A stretch of 64,000 nucleotides of DNA from the NCBI GenBank assembly GCA_963662285.2, contig CAXXMV010000002.1:576001-640000 (forward strand), given 5' to 3'. How positions within the stretch are numbered: the first letter of the stretch is position 1; each line of letters opens with the position of its first letter. This stretch comes from a bacterium (GTDB lineage Bacteria > Hinthialibacterota > Hinthialibacteria > Hinthialibacterales > Hinthialibacteraceae). Of the stretch, positions 1-9,869 are shown in pieces. Below the pieces are notes generated by a model, which worked only from the letters and a program-made list of their open reading frames with translations, was not told where the DNA came from and did not search any database. The translations under genes were made by a program, and so were the position numbers.

Positions 1-437
1 GTCTGATAGATAAATTAGACCAGACCTTCCTGGTTATGAATGGAGATTTATTAACCGATCTGAATTATAAAGAACTCTACGAATCACATAAAACCAACGG
101 ATCGATTTTAACAATAGCTGTCTGCAAACGGCATGTCAGTATATCGCTTGGCGTTCTATCATTCGATGATGACCAAAGAGTGACCTCGTTTCAGGAAAAA
201 CCGCAATTCGATTATGATGTAAGCATGGGCGTCTATATTTTTGAACCGGGCATATTTAAATATATTCCCAAGGGCGAGTCATTCGGCTTTGACCATTTGA
301 TTCATAAATTACTTGATAAAAAAGAACCGGTCAATGTTTTTCAATTTGATGGCAATTGGCTGGATATGGGAACTCAAGACGATCTGGATAACGCCATAGA
401 AGAATTTGAAAACCATAGAAGCCGCTATCTACCATAA
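1..437 (+). CDS. Sugar-phosphate nucleotidyltransferase, 5'-truncated by window edge
   Basis: Frame is open from base 3. Motifs FLVMNGDLLTD, FQEKP, GVYIF and WLDMG are typical of the NTP_transferase family. Confidence 0.85.
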   Translation, partial: LIDKLDQTFLVMNGDLLTDLNYKELYESHKTNGSILTIAVCKRHVSISLGVLSFDDDQRVTSFQEKPQFDYDVSMGVYIFEPGIFKYIPKGESFGFDHLIHKLLDKKEPVNVFQFDGNWLDMGTQDDLDNAIEEFENHRSRYLP

Positions 438-473
438 GATAGAATGCACCACCCTTTTTTATGGGATAATAAT

Positions 474-1097
474 ATGACTACTCAAAACGATAAAAACTAT
501 TTCGTACATGAATCGGCTTATGTAGACCAGCCCTGCACTATCGGTGATGGGACGAAAATATGGCATTTCAGCCATGTGATGAAGAATGCCCGTATCGGAC
601 GGAACTGCATTCTTGGTCAGAATGTCCACATCGCCAATGATGTAGTACTTGGTGATAATGTAAAAATCCAGAATAACGTCTCAGTCTATACCGGCTGCGT
701 TATAGAAGATGACGTCTTCCTGGGGCCATCATGCGTGCTTACCAACGTAACCAATCCACGCAGCCAGATAATACGTCATGATCTTTATGAAAAGACGCTG
801 ATTCGACGGGGCGCATCTATCGGCGCCAACGCTACGCTTGTGTGCGGCAATACCATCGGGAAATATGCATTTATCGCAGCTGGCGCCGTGGTTACACGGG
901 ATGTCCCGGATTATGCTTTGATGATCGGGACGCCCGCCAGACGCGCCGGATGGATGAGTCGGCATGGTTTCACGCTGCCCGCCCCGAACCAGGAGGGAAT
1001 CATGTTCTGCCCTGAAAGCGGATGGCGTTACAAAGAGATCGATAAAGACGTGCTGCGGTGCATGGATTGGCCGGAAGACAAATCATTAGAGAAATAG
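474..1097 (+). CDS. Hexapeptide-repeat N-acetyltransferase (WbpD/WlbB-like)
   Basis: Left-handed beta-helix repeats; FVHESAYVD..IGDGTKIWHFSHV, KIQNNVSVY and FLGPSCVLTNVTNPRS. Start placed at the second ATG (ORF track gives 444). Confidence 0.88.
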   Translation: MTTQNDKNYFVHESAYVDQPCTIGDGTKIWHFSHVMKNARIGRNCILGQNVHIANDVVLGDNVKIQNNVSVYTGCVIEDDVFLGPSCVLTNVTNPRSQIIRHDLYEKTLIRRGASIGANATLVCGNTIGKYAFIAAGAVVTRDVPDYALMIGTPARRAGWMSRHGFTLPAPNQEGIMFCPESGWRYKEIDKDVLRCMDWPEDKSLEK

Positions 1098-1107
1098 AAA
1101 GAGAAAA

Positions 1108-2241
1108 TTGATGCCCTTATCTAACCAACCAACCTCTGTTCCCTTGCTGGACCTGAAATCACAATACTATAAGATCAAGGATGAAATCCACGCGGCTATT
1201 GATGGCGTTCTTGAAACGCAACATTTCATCATGGGGCCCGAAGTCAGTTCATTAGAAGAAGAGATCGCCGTCTATTCCAACTGCAAGTACGGCGTTGGAG
1301 TCACCTCCGGCACCGATGCGCTGCTAATCGCCTTGATGGCGCTCGATATAAAATCCGGCGATGAGATCATCACCACGCCTTACACCTTCTTCGCCACTGC
1401 TGGAGTGATCCATAGAGTCGGCGCCAAAGCGGTCTTCGTCGATATCGATGAAGACACGTACAACATCGATCCACGGCAGATTGAACAAGCCATAACAGAT
1501 AAAACCAAAGCCATTATTCCGGTTCATCTCTATGGTCAATGCGCTGCAATGGATCCGATTCTGGAGATAGCCCAAAGACGTAATCTGGCGGTAATCGAAG
1601 ACGCAGCGCAGGCCATCGGCGCCGAATATAAAGAAAAACGCGCCGGATCAATGGGATTAATGGGCTGTTTCTCTTTCTTCCCTTCAAAAAACCTGGGAGG
1701 ATTCGGCGACGGCGGCATGGTGGTAACCAACGATGAAGAACTGAACCATAAATTGAAAATGCTGCGCATGCATGGTTCCGAGCCAAAATATTACCATTCC
1801 ATAGTTGGCGGCAATTTCCGGCTCGACGCCATACAGGCTGCCATTGTAAGAGTAAAACTAAAGTATCTTGATAGTTGGACGAAGGCCAGACAAGAGAATG
1901 CAGCCAGATACAACGATCTCTTCAAAAAGGCAGGATTAGACCATAATATAAAACTTCCTGTTATTCAGCAAAACCGGCATATCTTCAATCAATTCATCAT
2001 CAGCGTCTCTAAGCGCGACGAGTTGAAAGAATGCCTGACAAAGCACAACATTGGAACCGAGATTTACTATCCCGTCCCTATGCATTTACAGAAATGCTTT
2101 GAATATCTGGATTACAAAAAGGGCGATTTCCCCATTAGCGAAAAGGCCGCTGATTCTACATTGGCTCTACCCATCTATGCTGAACTTACCGCAGAACAAC
2201 AGGAATACGTAGTAAACTGCATCGCTTCGTTTATGGATTAA
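1108..2241 (+). CDS. DegT/DnrJ/EryC1/StrS family PLP aminotransferase (WbpE-like)
   Basis: SGTDAL, PVHLYGQ, IEDAAQAIGA and SFFPSKNLGGFGDGG motifs. Confidence 0.93.
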   Translation: MMPLSNQPTSVPLLDLKSQYYKIKDEIHAAIDGVLETQHFIMGPEVSSLEEEIAVYSNCKYGVGVTSGTDALLIALMALDIKSGDEIITTPYTFFATAGVIHRVGAKAVFVDIDEDTYNIDPRQIEQAITDKTKAIIPVHLYGQCAAMDPILEIAQRRNLAVIEDAAQAIGAEYKEKRAGSMGLMGCFSFFPSKNLGGFGDGGMVVTNDEELNHKLKMLRMHGSEPKYYHSIVGGNFRLDAIQAAIVRVKLKYLDSWTKARQENAARYNDLFKKAGLDHNIKLPVIQQNRHIFNQFIISVSKRDELKECLTKHNIGTEIYYPVPMHLQKCFEYLDYKKGDFPISEKAADSTLALPIYAELTAEQQEYVVNCIASFMD

Positions 2242-2253
2242 GGTTTTACAACT

Positions 2254-2320
2254 GTAGTGGCGTCTTTCATGGGCGCCCGATATGCAGCATGGTGGGTCGC
2301 GCTTTTTCGACTCACCGACA
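2254..2320. repeat. Degenerate REP-like hairpin pair between convergent genes
   Basis: GTAG-led imperfect hairpin gtagtggcgtc..gggcgccc, followed by ggtgggtcg-cgctttt-tcgactcacc, which resembles the REPs at 61342 and 62583. Confidence 0.45.
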
Positions 2321-2370
2321 AGAATTGATGAATCACATGAACCTATTAAAAATAAATCGCAAGAAATCAA

Positions 2371-3126
2371 TCACGCCTGTTTTTCATAAGGCATTTCTCT
2401 TTTGCGGATAAAAGCGATGAAAATGGCGATAAAAACCTTAACCACATACCATATCGGTCTACAGCCGCGATGTAAAGAATGCAGTTTGGCGTTGTGATAC
2501 ATATAGACTGGTATCTCTTTTAGCCGGAATCCATTTTTGAGAAAGGTCATTATCATATCTGCATCGGGATAATCGAATGGGAAACTTTTGCCGCATAGAA
2601 ACTTGAGGACGCTACGGTTAAAACCGATATAACCGCTGGTAGGATCAGTAATTCTCCTCAGACATAGGCAAAGAAGAACCAACCGGAATAGATTGATGCC
2701 CACCCAGCGAAAGAAAGTGCCATAATATAAGGGATTGCTAGGCTCGAATAGAATGTTATCTTTATGCAGAAAACGCGACCCGATTACAATATCCGATTGA
2801 CCGCTTTGTAGTTCTTTCAGGATAGACAGAAGACAACGGGGATCATGTTGACCATCGCCATCCAATTGTATTAAATACTTATACCCTTTGCGGTAGCAAT
2901 ATTTATAACCAGTTTGGATTGTAATTCCGTAACCCATTTGAGTTGAATGGGTTAAAGTTAAAATACCATGTTCAGCCAAAATCTTCGCTGAATCATCACT
3001 CGAAGCGTCATTAATAGCAACAATATCCGCATTCAGAGTACGGCATTCCCTTTTTAATAGCGGTAAGAGAGTCGGAAGATTAGCCGCTTCATTATGAACC
3101 GGGATAATAACTAAAAGATCAGTCAT
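2371..3126 (-). CDS. Glycosyltransferase family 2 (DPM1-like)
   Basis: IIPVHNEA, INDASSD, LDGDGQHDP, IGSRF and DPTSGY motifs. Confidence 0.9.
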   Translation of the reverse strand: MTDLLVIIPVHNEAANLPTLLPLLKRECRTLNADIVAINDASSDDSAKILAEHGILTLTHSTQMGYGITIQTGYKYCYRKGYKYLIQLDGDGQHDPRCLLSILKELQSGQSDIVIGSRFLHKDNILFEPSNPLYYGTFFRWVGINLFRLVLLCLCLRRITDPTSGYIGFNRSVLKFLCGKSFPFDYPDADMIMTFLKNGFRLKEIPVYMYHNAKLHSLHRGCRPIWYVVKVFIAIFIAFIRKREMPYEKQA

Positions 3127-3353
3127 AAAGTTAACCGTAAAGATGTTATGGAAAAAAATAAATGCATTATCGAATCAATCAAAAATGTTGTGGTAAGATT
3201 TAACTTTACTCTATATCATCAAGAAAAGCCATCCTAAGATTTACTATTCTATTGATTGAGTATCAATCCACCCTGGATTCCATCTATCAACCACATTATC
3301 AGGAGAGATTCACGCTTAGGCAAGAGTATTTAGGGCGATTCTCACAATTATAA

Positions 3354-4589
3354 TTATTCAGGTAAGCCTTTCTGATAATAATCACACGTTTGTTTCGCCA
3401 CTTCTTCCCACGAAGGCAGTTTAAGATCAATTCTGCCGTGATTTATGATATCTTTTTTGCGAACGCGGCAATTTAGCATCTCATTCTGTAATGATCCGAC
3501 GTCATTAGGTTGAATTATTTTTAGCATGACTTCTTCGGTGGAAAGATGTTCTAAACACCCGTAGGATTCTGTCGCAATAACCGGCGTCCCACACATCAAC
3601 GATTCTACCGGAACCAGACCAAATGACTCATAGGGAGAAGGGCACAGCGTACAATCAGCATGTTTAAACAGGTTCGGTATAGACTGCCGGGATGCTTCGG
3701 GTATCACATATACTCCCGGCAGGGCAAGTACAATTTCACAAGCAATTGATATTCGATGCCGGTTGCATAAATCCTGGATATCCTTTACCGCCCCTTCATC
3801 GGGACCACAGCAAATCATTCGTGCTCGATATCCCTGTTTTAATAAACCGCAAAATGCTTTTAATGCGGTAATCACCCCTTTGGCCTGGTTTAATCTTCCC
3901 AGGTAAAGAAAAGTGGGGAATTCATCATTCGCAGAAATATTTACATTAAGTTTTGCGTGAGGAGATTTGAAAGTCGGACAACCATGAGGCAGAATATTTA
4001 TAATCTGGTCTGGAACACTACAACTATTAAGCTGTTTTTTCTCATTTTCACATAAAGCAAAATGACCGGTGATTTTGCTAAACCATCCTCTGCGAAGATA
4101 TGGATCGGCGACAGTATGCACTATGCGGCGCATTCCGCGATGCACGGGTGGATTGAGCGAACCATGGCAAGACAAAAAGGCCTTCGCTCCCCTTTTGATA
4201 AATTCATGAAAAACCTTGCGGTAACCGGGGATATGAACCTCATGCAGGTGAAGAATATCGGCGCCTTTGGACATTCGCACGTCAATATCCTTATTCCAAA
4301 AAGGAGCAGAAAAGATTTTTCTCTTATTGGCAAGTTGAGGATAACGGTTGGGAATATAAAAAATATGCACGCCGCCAATACGTCCGATAGCCCGCAATGT
4401 ATCTGAATGAAGCCATTCAAGAGACAAGCCTTCTCTTTGAATATCTTGATCAAGCCCGGCGTCAGTGGTCAGGACAAACACTTCATGGCCTTGTCGGGCT
4501 TGAGCTGTTACCAGCGAAAATACCGCTTCAGGTACGCCTCCAAAGCGCCTCGCCGGAGGAAAATAGGGAATAACATGAAAAATCCGCAT
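3354..4589 (-). CDS. Glycosyltransferase family 4
   Basis: FLYLGRL..KG and PSPYESFGLVPVESLMCGTPVI (E-x7-E) motifs. Confidence 0.9.
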   Translation of the reverse strand: MRIFHVIPYFPPARRFGGVPEAVFSLVTAQARQGHEVFVLTTDAGLDQDIQREGLSLEWLHSDTLRAIGRIGGVHIFYIPNRYPQLANKRKIFSAPFWNKDIDVRMSKGADILHLHEVHIPGYRKVFHEFIKRGAKAFLSCHGSLNPPVHRGMRRIVHTVADPYLRRGWFSKITGHFALCENEKKQLNSCSVPDQIINILPHGCPTFKSPHAKLNVNISANDEFPTFLYLGRLNQAKGVITALKAFCGLLKQGYRARMICCGPDEGAVKDIQDLCNRHRISIACEIVLALPGVYVIPEASRQSIPNLFKHADCTLCPSPYESFGLVPVESLMCGTPVIATESYGCLEHLSTEEVMLKIIQPNDVGSLQNEMLNCRVRKKDIINHGRIDLKLPSWEEVAKQTCDYYQKGLPE

Positions 4590-4599
4590 TGATTATTCG

Positions 4600-5613
4600 T
4601 TAACCAGAATCTGTAGTTGGGGCTATCCACTTATAAATCCAACCGCACGCATAGGCGGACAAAAATATAACGCTCCGCAAAAAGAAAACCGGAGAAGAAA
4701 ATAATAAAACATAATCCTTGAAATAGCAATATAAAAATAAAGAATAGCTAACCGGCGCCAAAATGGTGAGTCCAATCATGCAAAAAGAGGCTATAGGAGA
4801 GAACCAATATAACAAACATGCCATTGGCAATAATGCCGATGATAAAACCAGAGCGCCAACCACCCGGTCGAAGGGATATAATACCTGGCTATCAACAAAG
4901 GGACGCCGGAATCCATAAGACCATATTCGAACAAGGCAATCGGTTAGTTGAGTTTTGAAATGATGCCACGCAACCGCCTTGGGATTGCAGCGCAATAAAT
5001 AACCGGCGTCGCGCAGCCGCTGGTTATAATCAGAATCGAAGCCCGCCGGGCCTAGTTCGAGTCTACATGGTCCGATTTCATCGAAAACCGCTTTCCGGTA
5101 AAGCGCATTGGCGCTGGTGATATGACGGGCTATGGCAGTATTCGAGTGAATTTTGTAAGCGATTTCATAACCGAACATCTTCGCTACAGCCGAATCATCA
5201 TCAGAAGGGTAGAGGCATCCCCCGGCGCCAGCAGTCCGGTCTTGCTCAATTTCCGGCAGTAAATGATTCAACCAATCCGGCGCCAGTTTTACATCACTCT
5301 CCACCCAGGCCACGACGGGATGAGAAACCTGCTCCAAACCGGCATTCATGGCGGCGGCTTCTCCTCCATGCGGTATAATCAAACAGGTAACAGCAATGCG
5401 CTCATTTTGGGTATCAAGAGTAGCTATCCACTGCTGTACGACCTTGGCTGAATCATCAGTTGATTGATCGTCAACCATAATTATCTCTATAGGAACTGAG
5501 ACATCCTGGTTCACGATGCTATCTAGGCTCTCGACCACAGTATGCGCCGCATTAAAAACCGGGACAATAAACGATACGGGTTGCTCCACAGCCTTAAAAT
5601 CACTCATAAGCAT
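4600..5613 (-). CDS. Glycosyltransferase family 2 with C-terminal TM helices
   Basis: VSFIVPVFN, VDDQSTD and AAAMNAGL motifs; hydrophobic C-terminus. Confidence 0.85.
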   Translation of the reverse strand: MLMSDFKAVEQPVSFIVPVFNAAHTVVESLDSIVNQDVSVPIEIIMVDDQSTDDSAKVVQQWIATLDTQNERIAVTCLIIPHGGEAAAMNAGLEQVSHPVVAWVESDVKLAPDWLNHLLPEIEQDRTAGAGGCLYPSDDDSAVAKMFGYEIAYKIHSNTAIARHITSANALYRKAVFDEIGPCRLELGPAGFDSDYNQRLRDAGYLLRCNPKAVAWHHFKTQLTDCLVRIWSYGFRRPFVDSQVLYPFDRVVGALVLSSALLPMACLLYWFSPIASFCMIGLTILAPVSYSLFLYCYFKDYVLLFSSPVFFLRSVIFLSAYACGWIYKWIAPTTDSG

Positions 5614-6257
5614 TAATACCCATTAGAAAATAATGAATTCACGATTGCAAAACATCCTGGGAAATCATACATCAGCCTGAATCCAGTAATAATCAGAAAT
5701 ACGGCAAGAGCGCAGGCGAATAATTTGGTTTTCTGTTGCGCTTGAAGAAACGCGACGCCGCCAGCGCAGAACAGCATCATCCCCTCAATCAGCATCAAAT
5801 TTCCTTTGAACACATACAAAACCGCTTCTGAAAAATGCCATCCGGCGAAGCGCAGATTCCCTGAGGCGTCGCGTATAAACATAAATCCTTGCGCGGCTTC
5901 CTCTAAACCTTTGATGCTCGCTTCGACTACATTGGGCGCCGGAGGCCAATCATAAGGAATTACTGGATAAAACCAGGGAATAAAACCGATATCGCCGATT
6001 AAATGTAAAAAATGCCCTACGCACCAGGATGCTCCCCATGCTTTACCTTTCCACCAAGCAACCAGCAATGAACATATTGCCACCGAAAGTAATGTATGAA
6101 ACCAGCAACGCCCATAGGGAGCGATGTAGATTACATCAGAAAAAAATTTGTCTGCAATATCCACAAAGAAAGTAGCCGCAATAGCCGGAGTATAAGGTAA
6201 TTTCAATAGCCGAGCGCCTACAATGCTCATCGCTGCATGACCGGGAATGGGATACAC
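5613..6257 (-). CDS. Membrane-bound metal-dependent hydrolase (YdjM-like)
   Basis: GH, DIADK, R..FHTL and GHFLHLIGD motifs within a hydrophobic protein. Confidence 0.7.
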   Translation of the reverse strand: MYPIPGHAAMSIVGARLLKLPYTPAIAATFFVDIADKFFSDVIYIAPYGRCWFHTLLSVAICSLLVAWWKGKAWGASWCVGHFLHLIGDIGFIPWFYPVIPYDWPPAPNVVEASIKGLEEAAQGFMFIRDASGNLRFAGWHFSEAVLYVFKGNLMLIEGMMLFCAGGVAFLQAQQKTKLFACALAVFLIITGFRLMYDFPGCFAIVNSLFSNGY

Positions 6258-6327
6258 TTTAAATCCTTAAATAATCCTGGATTGGTACGACGATTGATGT
6301 TCTATTGAACATTTTTCACTTAAAAAC

Positions 6328-6367
6328 AAAAAGGGCGGCGAAAAGAAACGTTCTCTTTCCGCCGCCC
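6328..6367 (-). terminator. Intrinsic terminator after large secreted protein gene (copy 1)
   Basis: gggcggcg..cgccgccc stem with a T-run on the minus strand; near-identical copy at 9804-9843. Confidence 0.7.
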
Positions 6368-6392
6368 ATAATAGGTGTTATTAACTATTCAA

Positions 6393-9300
6393 TTAGAAGA
6401 GTTCCCACCCGGCAACATCGGTGAAGATATCCAACGTTTGCAATGTAAAGTAATCATATTCTGCTACATTAACATTCTCGCCGCCCCAGTTTTTGGCGAA
6501 GATTCCAACGCGGGTTGCCTGGCGATTCTCCTGAATTGGAGCGCCAACCAACTGCCACGATGAATCCGGCAACTGCGCGCTGAAGATCAATTCTCCATCG
6601 CGTCTGGTTACCGCAATCTTGGCCGTGATCTTATCCTGTAACATGAGTTCATCAATCCAATCATAATCATTCACGAATTCATGATAATCGAGGATGCCAA
6701 TCACGCTTTGACCTGTCAGTTCAACGCGTAAATCAGCTGCATAGAATCCAAAGAGATACTCGTCTCCACTCACGTCCGCATCATCGCCCTGGTTGTAGGT
6801 GACAGCCAGACCTACATGATATTGATCCCAGGTGATGGTATCTTTCAGCGTAACGTTGGTCTCAATGCGCCAGTCACCTTCTGGTATATCAGTTCGCAGA
6901 ATCATGGGAGCGCGGCGCCCGTCAGTCCATTCATTGAATTTTTCGGGAGTGGAAATTGTATCAACTTCAAACGATAATAATCCGTCAGCCGTAGAAATTA
7001 TGACGCCGTCTTCATAATCCGCGCTTAAGGCCGGATCGCTGCCATATTCCACAAACCACGGATCAGCCAGATCGCTATCGAAATCGTCTTTCTTCTCATC
7101 TGTCGGGGCGCCAAACAACCAGACTTCATTGGTCACGCTGACGTCTCCGTTAATCGGACGGGCGAGAGGAAGACCAATATCACAAAGCCCGTCAAAGATC
7201 AGGAATCTTGTCCCTTCGGATGAAGCGAGCGTGTAAGAAATTGTCTGTGATCCGGTAATCGGCGCCAAATCCCAAATGATTTTACTTCCTATTTGCTGAC
7301 CGCCATCGCTGATATCCTGAACTTGCGCTCCGGGAGGGATAGATTCTTCAATAAAGGCTTCATACGAGCCATAGACCGATTCGGAATTAAGAGAAACCAT
7401 TAATGGTTGGCTGGCATCAAAGAATCCATCTTGCGTGAGTTGGCGAGTCACCTTCCCTACCCCTTTGACCCGGACGATTTCCAACCGTTGAAAACCAGTG
7501 GGATCATGGTGATCGGCGGGCAACGTGGGGAACGCCGCTACAATGGAATGCACTCCTCCACTGACCGGGAAGGGGCCGACGCTGAACATCTTAAATACAT
7601 CAAAACCTTGAGTATCCGGGACTCTGATTTCGCCTTTGAATTTATTATCAACATAAACATCTATCAGGGCGTCGCCGGTGTGTCCCCATCCGTTATTGAT
7701 GGATAAATTCAAATACAACACTTGATCTCCCTCGCCTAGATCGAAAGTGTATCGCCACCAATCTCCCCCGGTGATGCCTTGTCCGATACTGTAAAGGTCG
7801 CCGCGTTTTTCAAGGCCGACTTCATCGTCATCCCGGAAACCATCCAGATCATAACTGTCGCCTCGCGTTCCGGTTGGATTGGATTGGTGAAAATCAGCGC
7901 CGGTAGGAAATTCAAAGGTTAGATCTATTTGAGGAGTTGAGCCATCGCCGGATGGACGTTCATACGCTACAGCGCTGGCAATTCCATCCATTCCCTCTGT
8001 GTATCGCTCATCCAATTCATAGCCGGTGGGATAATTTTTACCATCAACCGGGCTTCCGCTGAAATCGTAATCAACGGCTTCTCTATACAGATAGGGCAAC
8101 AAAATAGAGATAGCAGTCTCACCCGTTATACGTTCTTCTCCATCTCCCTGGTCAAAACTCCCCGAAAAACCTGCTATCCGGTTTAGCAGAAGCCGTGGAG
8201 GAGTAATGGTGTATGACAGAGTTGTCGATTCACTCAGATTCTTGAGCGACCAATAGATATTGCCTCCAGATACGACGCCGTTATTGGATATGTTGGAAAC
8301 TGTCCAATTATTGGGCAAACCTTCAATAATTTCCAGAGAAGGTATGCTGCCATTTATTTTGACGGGAAGACTAATGGTCAGCGGAGTGTCCGCTTCGAAA
8401 TGCATGGCGCTCATCTCGCGGCTTATGGTCGCCCTATTCGCCGCAACTCCACGTACTTCCAAATTGTCTATGTATATCAAACCAGCGGGAGCAGAATCCA
8501 GGTTGTAACCCAATTGGATGTACCGGGGGCCATCGCCAAACGGTGGAAAATCACGATCATCAATCAGTATCCAGCCGCCTTCGCCCTGATCCTTGTACAT
8601 CAAAAGTACATGGTCGCCGCTGACTTCCGCCCGGAGGCGGTGTGGATTAGCGCCTAGAGGAAGGGTTATGTCACACTCTCCTTCACTGGGGAGTGAATTG
8701 GAACCATCAAAATAGTGCGTGGTCTGACGCAAGAAATAATTGTGACGGTCAAATATCCCATTCCCTCCCGCGACATCCGGACCAACCAAAGGCCAGAAAG
8801 AGAATCGTCCTACTATTTCATTATGGTAAAAGAAATCGAATTCGACTGAATACTCTTGCGGCAGTTCTTTGTCGAGGCGCAGCCAGTGATTTGAGCCGCC
8901 CGTCCATTCTATTCGCCCATTGACGGCTTCTACCGGCCCATCGGTCGACATATCTACCAACTCAGGCCAGGCCGTAGTGGGATCAGGTGCGCTTGGATCA
9001 TTAAAATTGTTGCTATAATTGAAGAGATTCTCATCCTTGTAACTGACGACAAAATTATCGATATAAATCAGCCCGGCGGGAGCGGAATCCAGATTGTAAC
9101 CTAATTGGATATACCGGGGTCCATCGCCAAATGGTGGGAAATCACGCTCATCGATTAGAATCCAACCGCCTTCGCCTCGATCCTTATACATTAAAAGGAC
9201 ATGGTCGCCGCGTACTTCCGCCCGCAGGCGGTGTGGATTGGCTTCCAGAGGAAGGGTTAAGTCACACTCTCCTTCGCTGGGTACAGTATTGGTTCCATTA

Positions 9301-9692
9301 AAATAGTGAGTGGTTTGACGTAAGAAATAATTGTGACGGTTATGGATGCCTCCCCCTCCCGATATATCCGGGCCGACCAAAGGCCAGAAAGAGAATCGCC
9401 CTACTATTGCATCATGATAAAAGAAATCAAATTCGACCGTGTATTCCTGCGGCAGTTGCTTATCGAGACGCAACCAGTGATTTCCAGTACCGGTCCATTC
9501 TATTCTGCCGTTGACGGCTTCAACCGGGCCTTCAGTAGACATATCGATCCATTCCGGCCATGCTTCGGCTGGATTAGAACTGGAAGGATTCTCAAAATCG
9601 TTTTGATATTGCACGCCTGAATAGGCATGCGATGCAATTAACAAAATAGCGGATATTGCAATAATCGATTGTACCATCTTCATTCTTTTCAT
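6393..9692 (-). CDS. Large secreted multidomain protein: 2 tandem ConA/lectin-like repeats, Ig-like modules, CBM-like module, C-terminal LamG/DUF1349-like domain
   Basis: Signal peptide (MKRMKMVQSIIAISAILLIASHAYS) and GGAGGT RBS. Two ~195-aa internal repeats and two Ig-like repeats are visible. Ends TDVAGWELF. Domain names are inferred from pattern. Confidence 0.75.
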   Translation of the reverse strand: MKRMKMVQSIIAISAILLIASHAYSGVQYQNDFENPSSSNPAEAWPEWIDMSTEGPVEAVNGRIEWTGTGNHWLRLDKQLPQEYTVEFDFFYHDAIVGRFSFWPLVGPDISGGGGIHNRHNYFLRQTTHYFNGTNTVPSEGECDLTLPLEANPHRLRAEVRGDHVLLMYKDRGEGGWILIDERDFPPFGDGPRYIQLGYNLDSAPAGLIYIDNFVVSYKDENLFNYSNNFNDPSAPDPTTAWPELVDMSTDGPVEAVNGRIEWTGGSNHWLRLDKELPQEYSVEFDFFYHNEIVGRFSFWPLVGPDVAGGNGIFDRHNYFLRQTTHYFDGSNSLPSEGECDITLPLGANPHRLRAEVSGDHVLLMYKDQGEGGWILIDDRDFPPFGDGPRYIQLGYNLDSAPAGLIYIDNLEVRGVAANRATISREMSAMHFEADTPLTISLPVKINGSIPSLEIIEGLPNNWTVSNISNNGVVSGGNIYWSLKNLSESTTLSYTITPPRLLLNRIAGFSGSFDQGDGEERITGETAISILLPYLYREAVDYDFSGSPVDGKNYPTGYELDERYTEGMDGIASAVAYERPSGDGSTPQIDLTFEFPTGADFHQSNPTGTRGDSYDLDGFRDDDEVGLEKRGDLYSIGQGITGGDWWRYTFDLGEGDQVLYLNLSINNGWGHTGDALIDVYVDNKFKGEIRVPDTQGFDVFKMFSVGPFPVSGGVHSIVAAFPTLPADHHDPTGFQRLEIVRVKGVGKVTRQLTQDGFFDASQPLMVSLNSESVYGSYEAFIEESIPPGAQVQDISDGGQQIGSKIIWDLAPITGSQTISYTLASSEGTRFLIFDGLCDIGLPLARPINGDVSVTNEVWLFGAPTDEKKDDFDSDLADPWFVEYGSDPALSADYEDGVIISTADGLLSFEVDTISTPEKFNEWTDGRRAPMILRTDIPEGDWRIETNVTLKDTITWDQYHVGLAVTYNQGDDADVSGDEYLFGFYAADLRVELTGQSVIGILDYHEFVNDYDWIDELMLQDKITAKIAVTRRDGELIFSAQLPDSSWQLVGAPIQENRQATRVGIFAKNWGGENVNVAEYDYFTLQTLDIFTDVAGWELF

Positions 9693-9803
9693 TGCTATTA
9701 CCTCCATTTTTGAAGAAAAATCAGAACATTATTACGCCTACTACTCTATGCATTCATAACACAAAAATAATTCAATTGATAGACTGCTCCCTAATTAATC
9801 AAC

Positions 9804-9843
9804 AAAAAGGGCGGCGAAAAGAAATATACTCTTTCCGCCGCCC
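9804..9843 (-). terminator. Intrinsic terminator (copy 2)
   Basis: Same stem as 6328-6367, downstream of the paralog. Confidence 0.7.
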
Positions 9844-9869
9844 ATAATAGTTGTTATTAACTATTCAAA

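Noticed and set aside
8400-9620. Internal DNA repeats in the large secreted gene as a DGR template/variable pair
   Set aside because: They are in-frame domain duplications, differences are not adenine-specific, and no reverse transcriptase is present.
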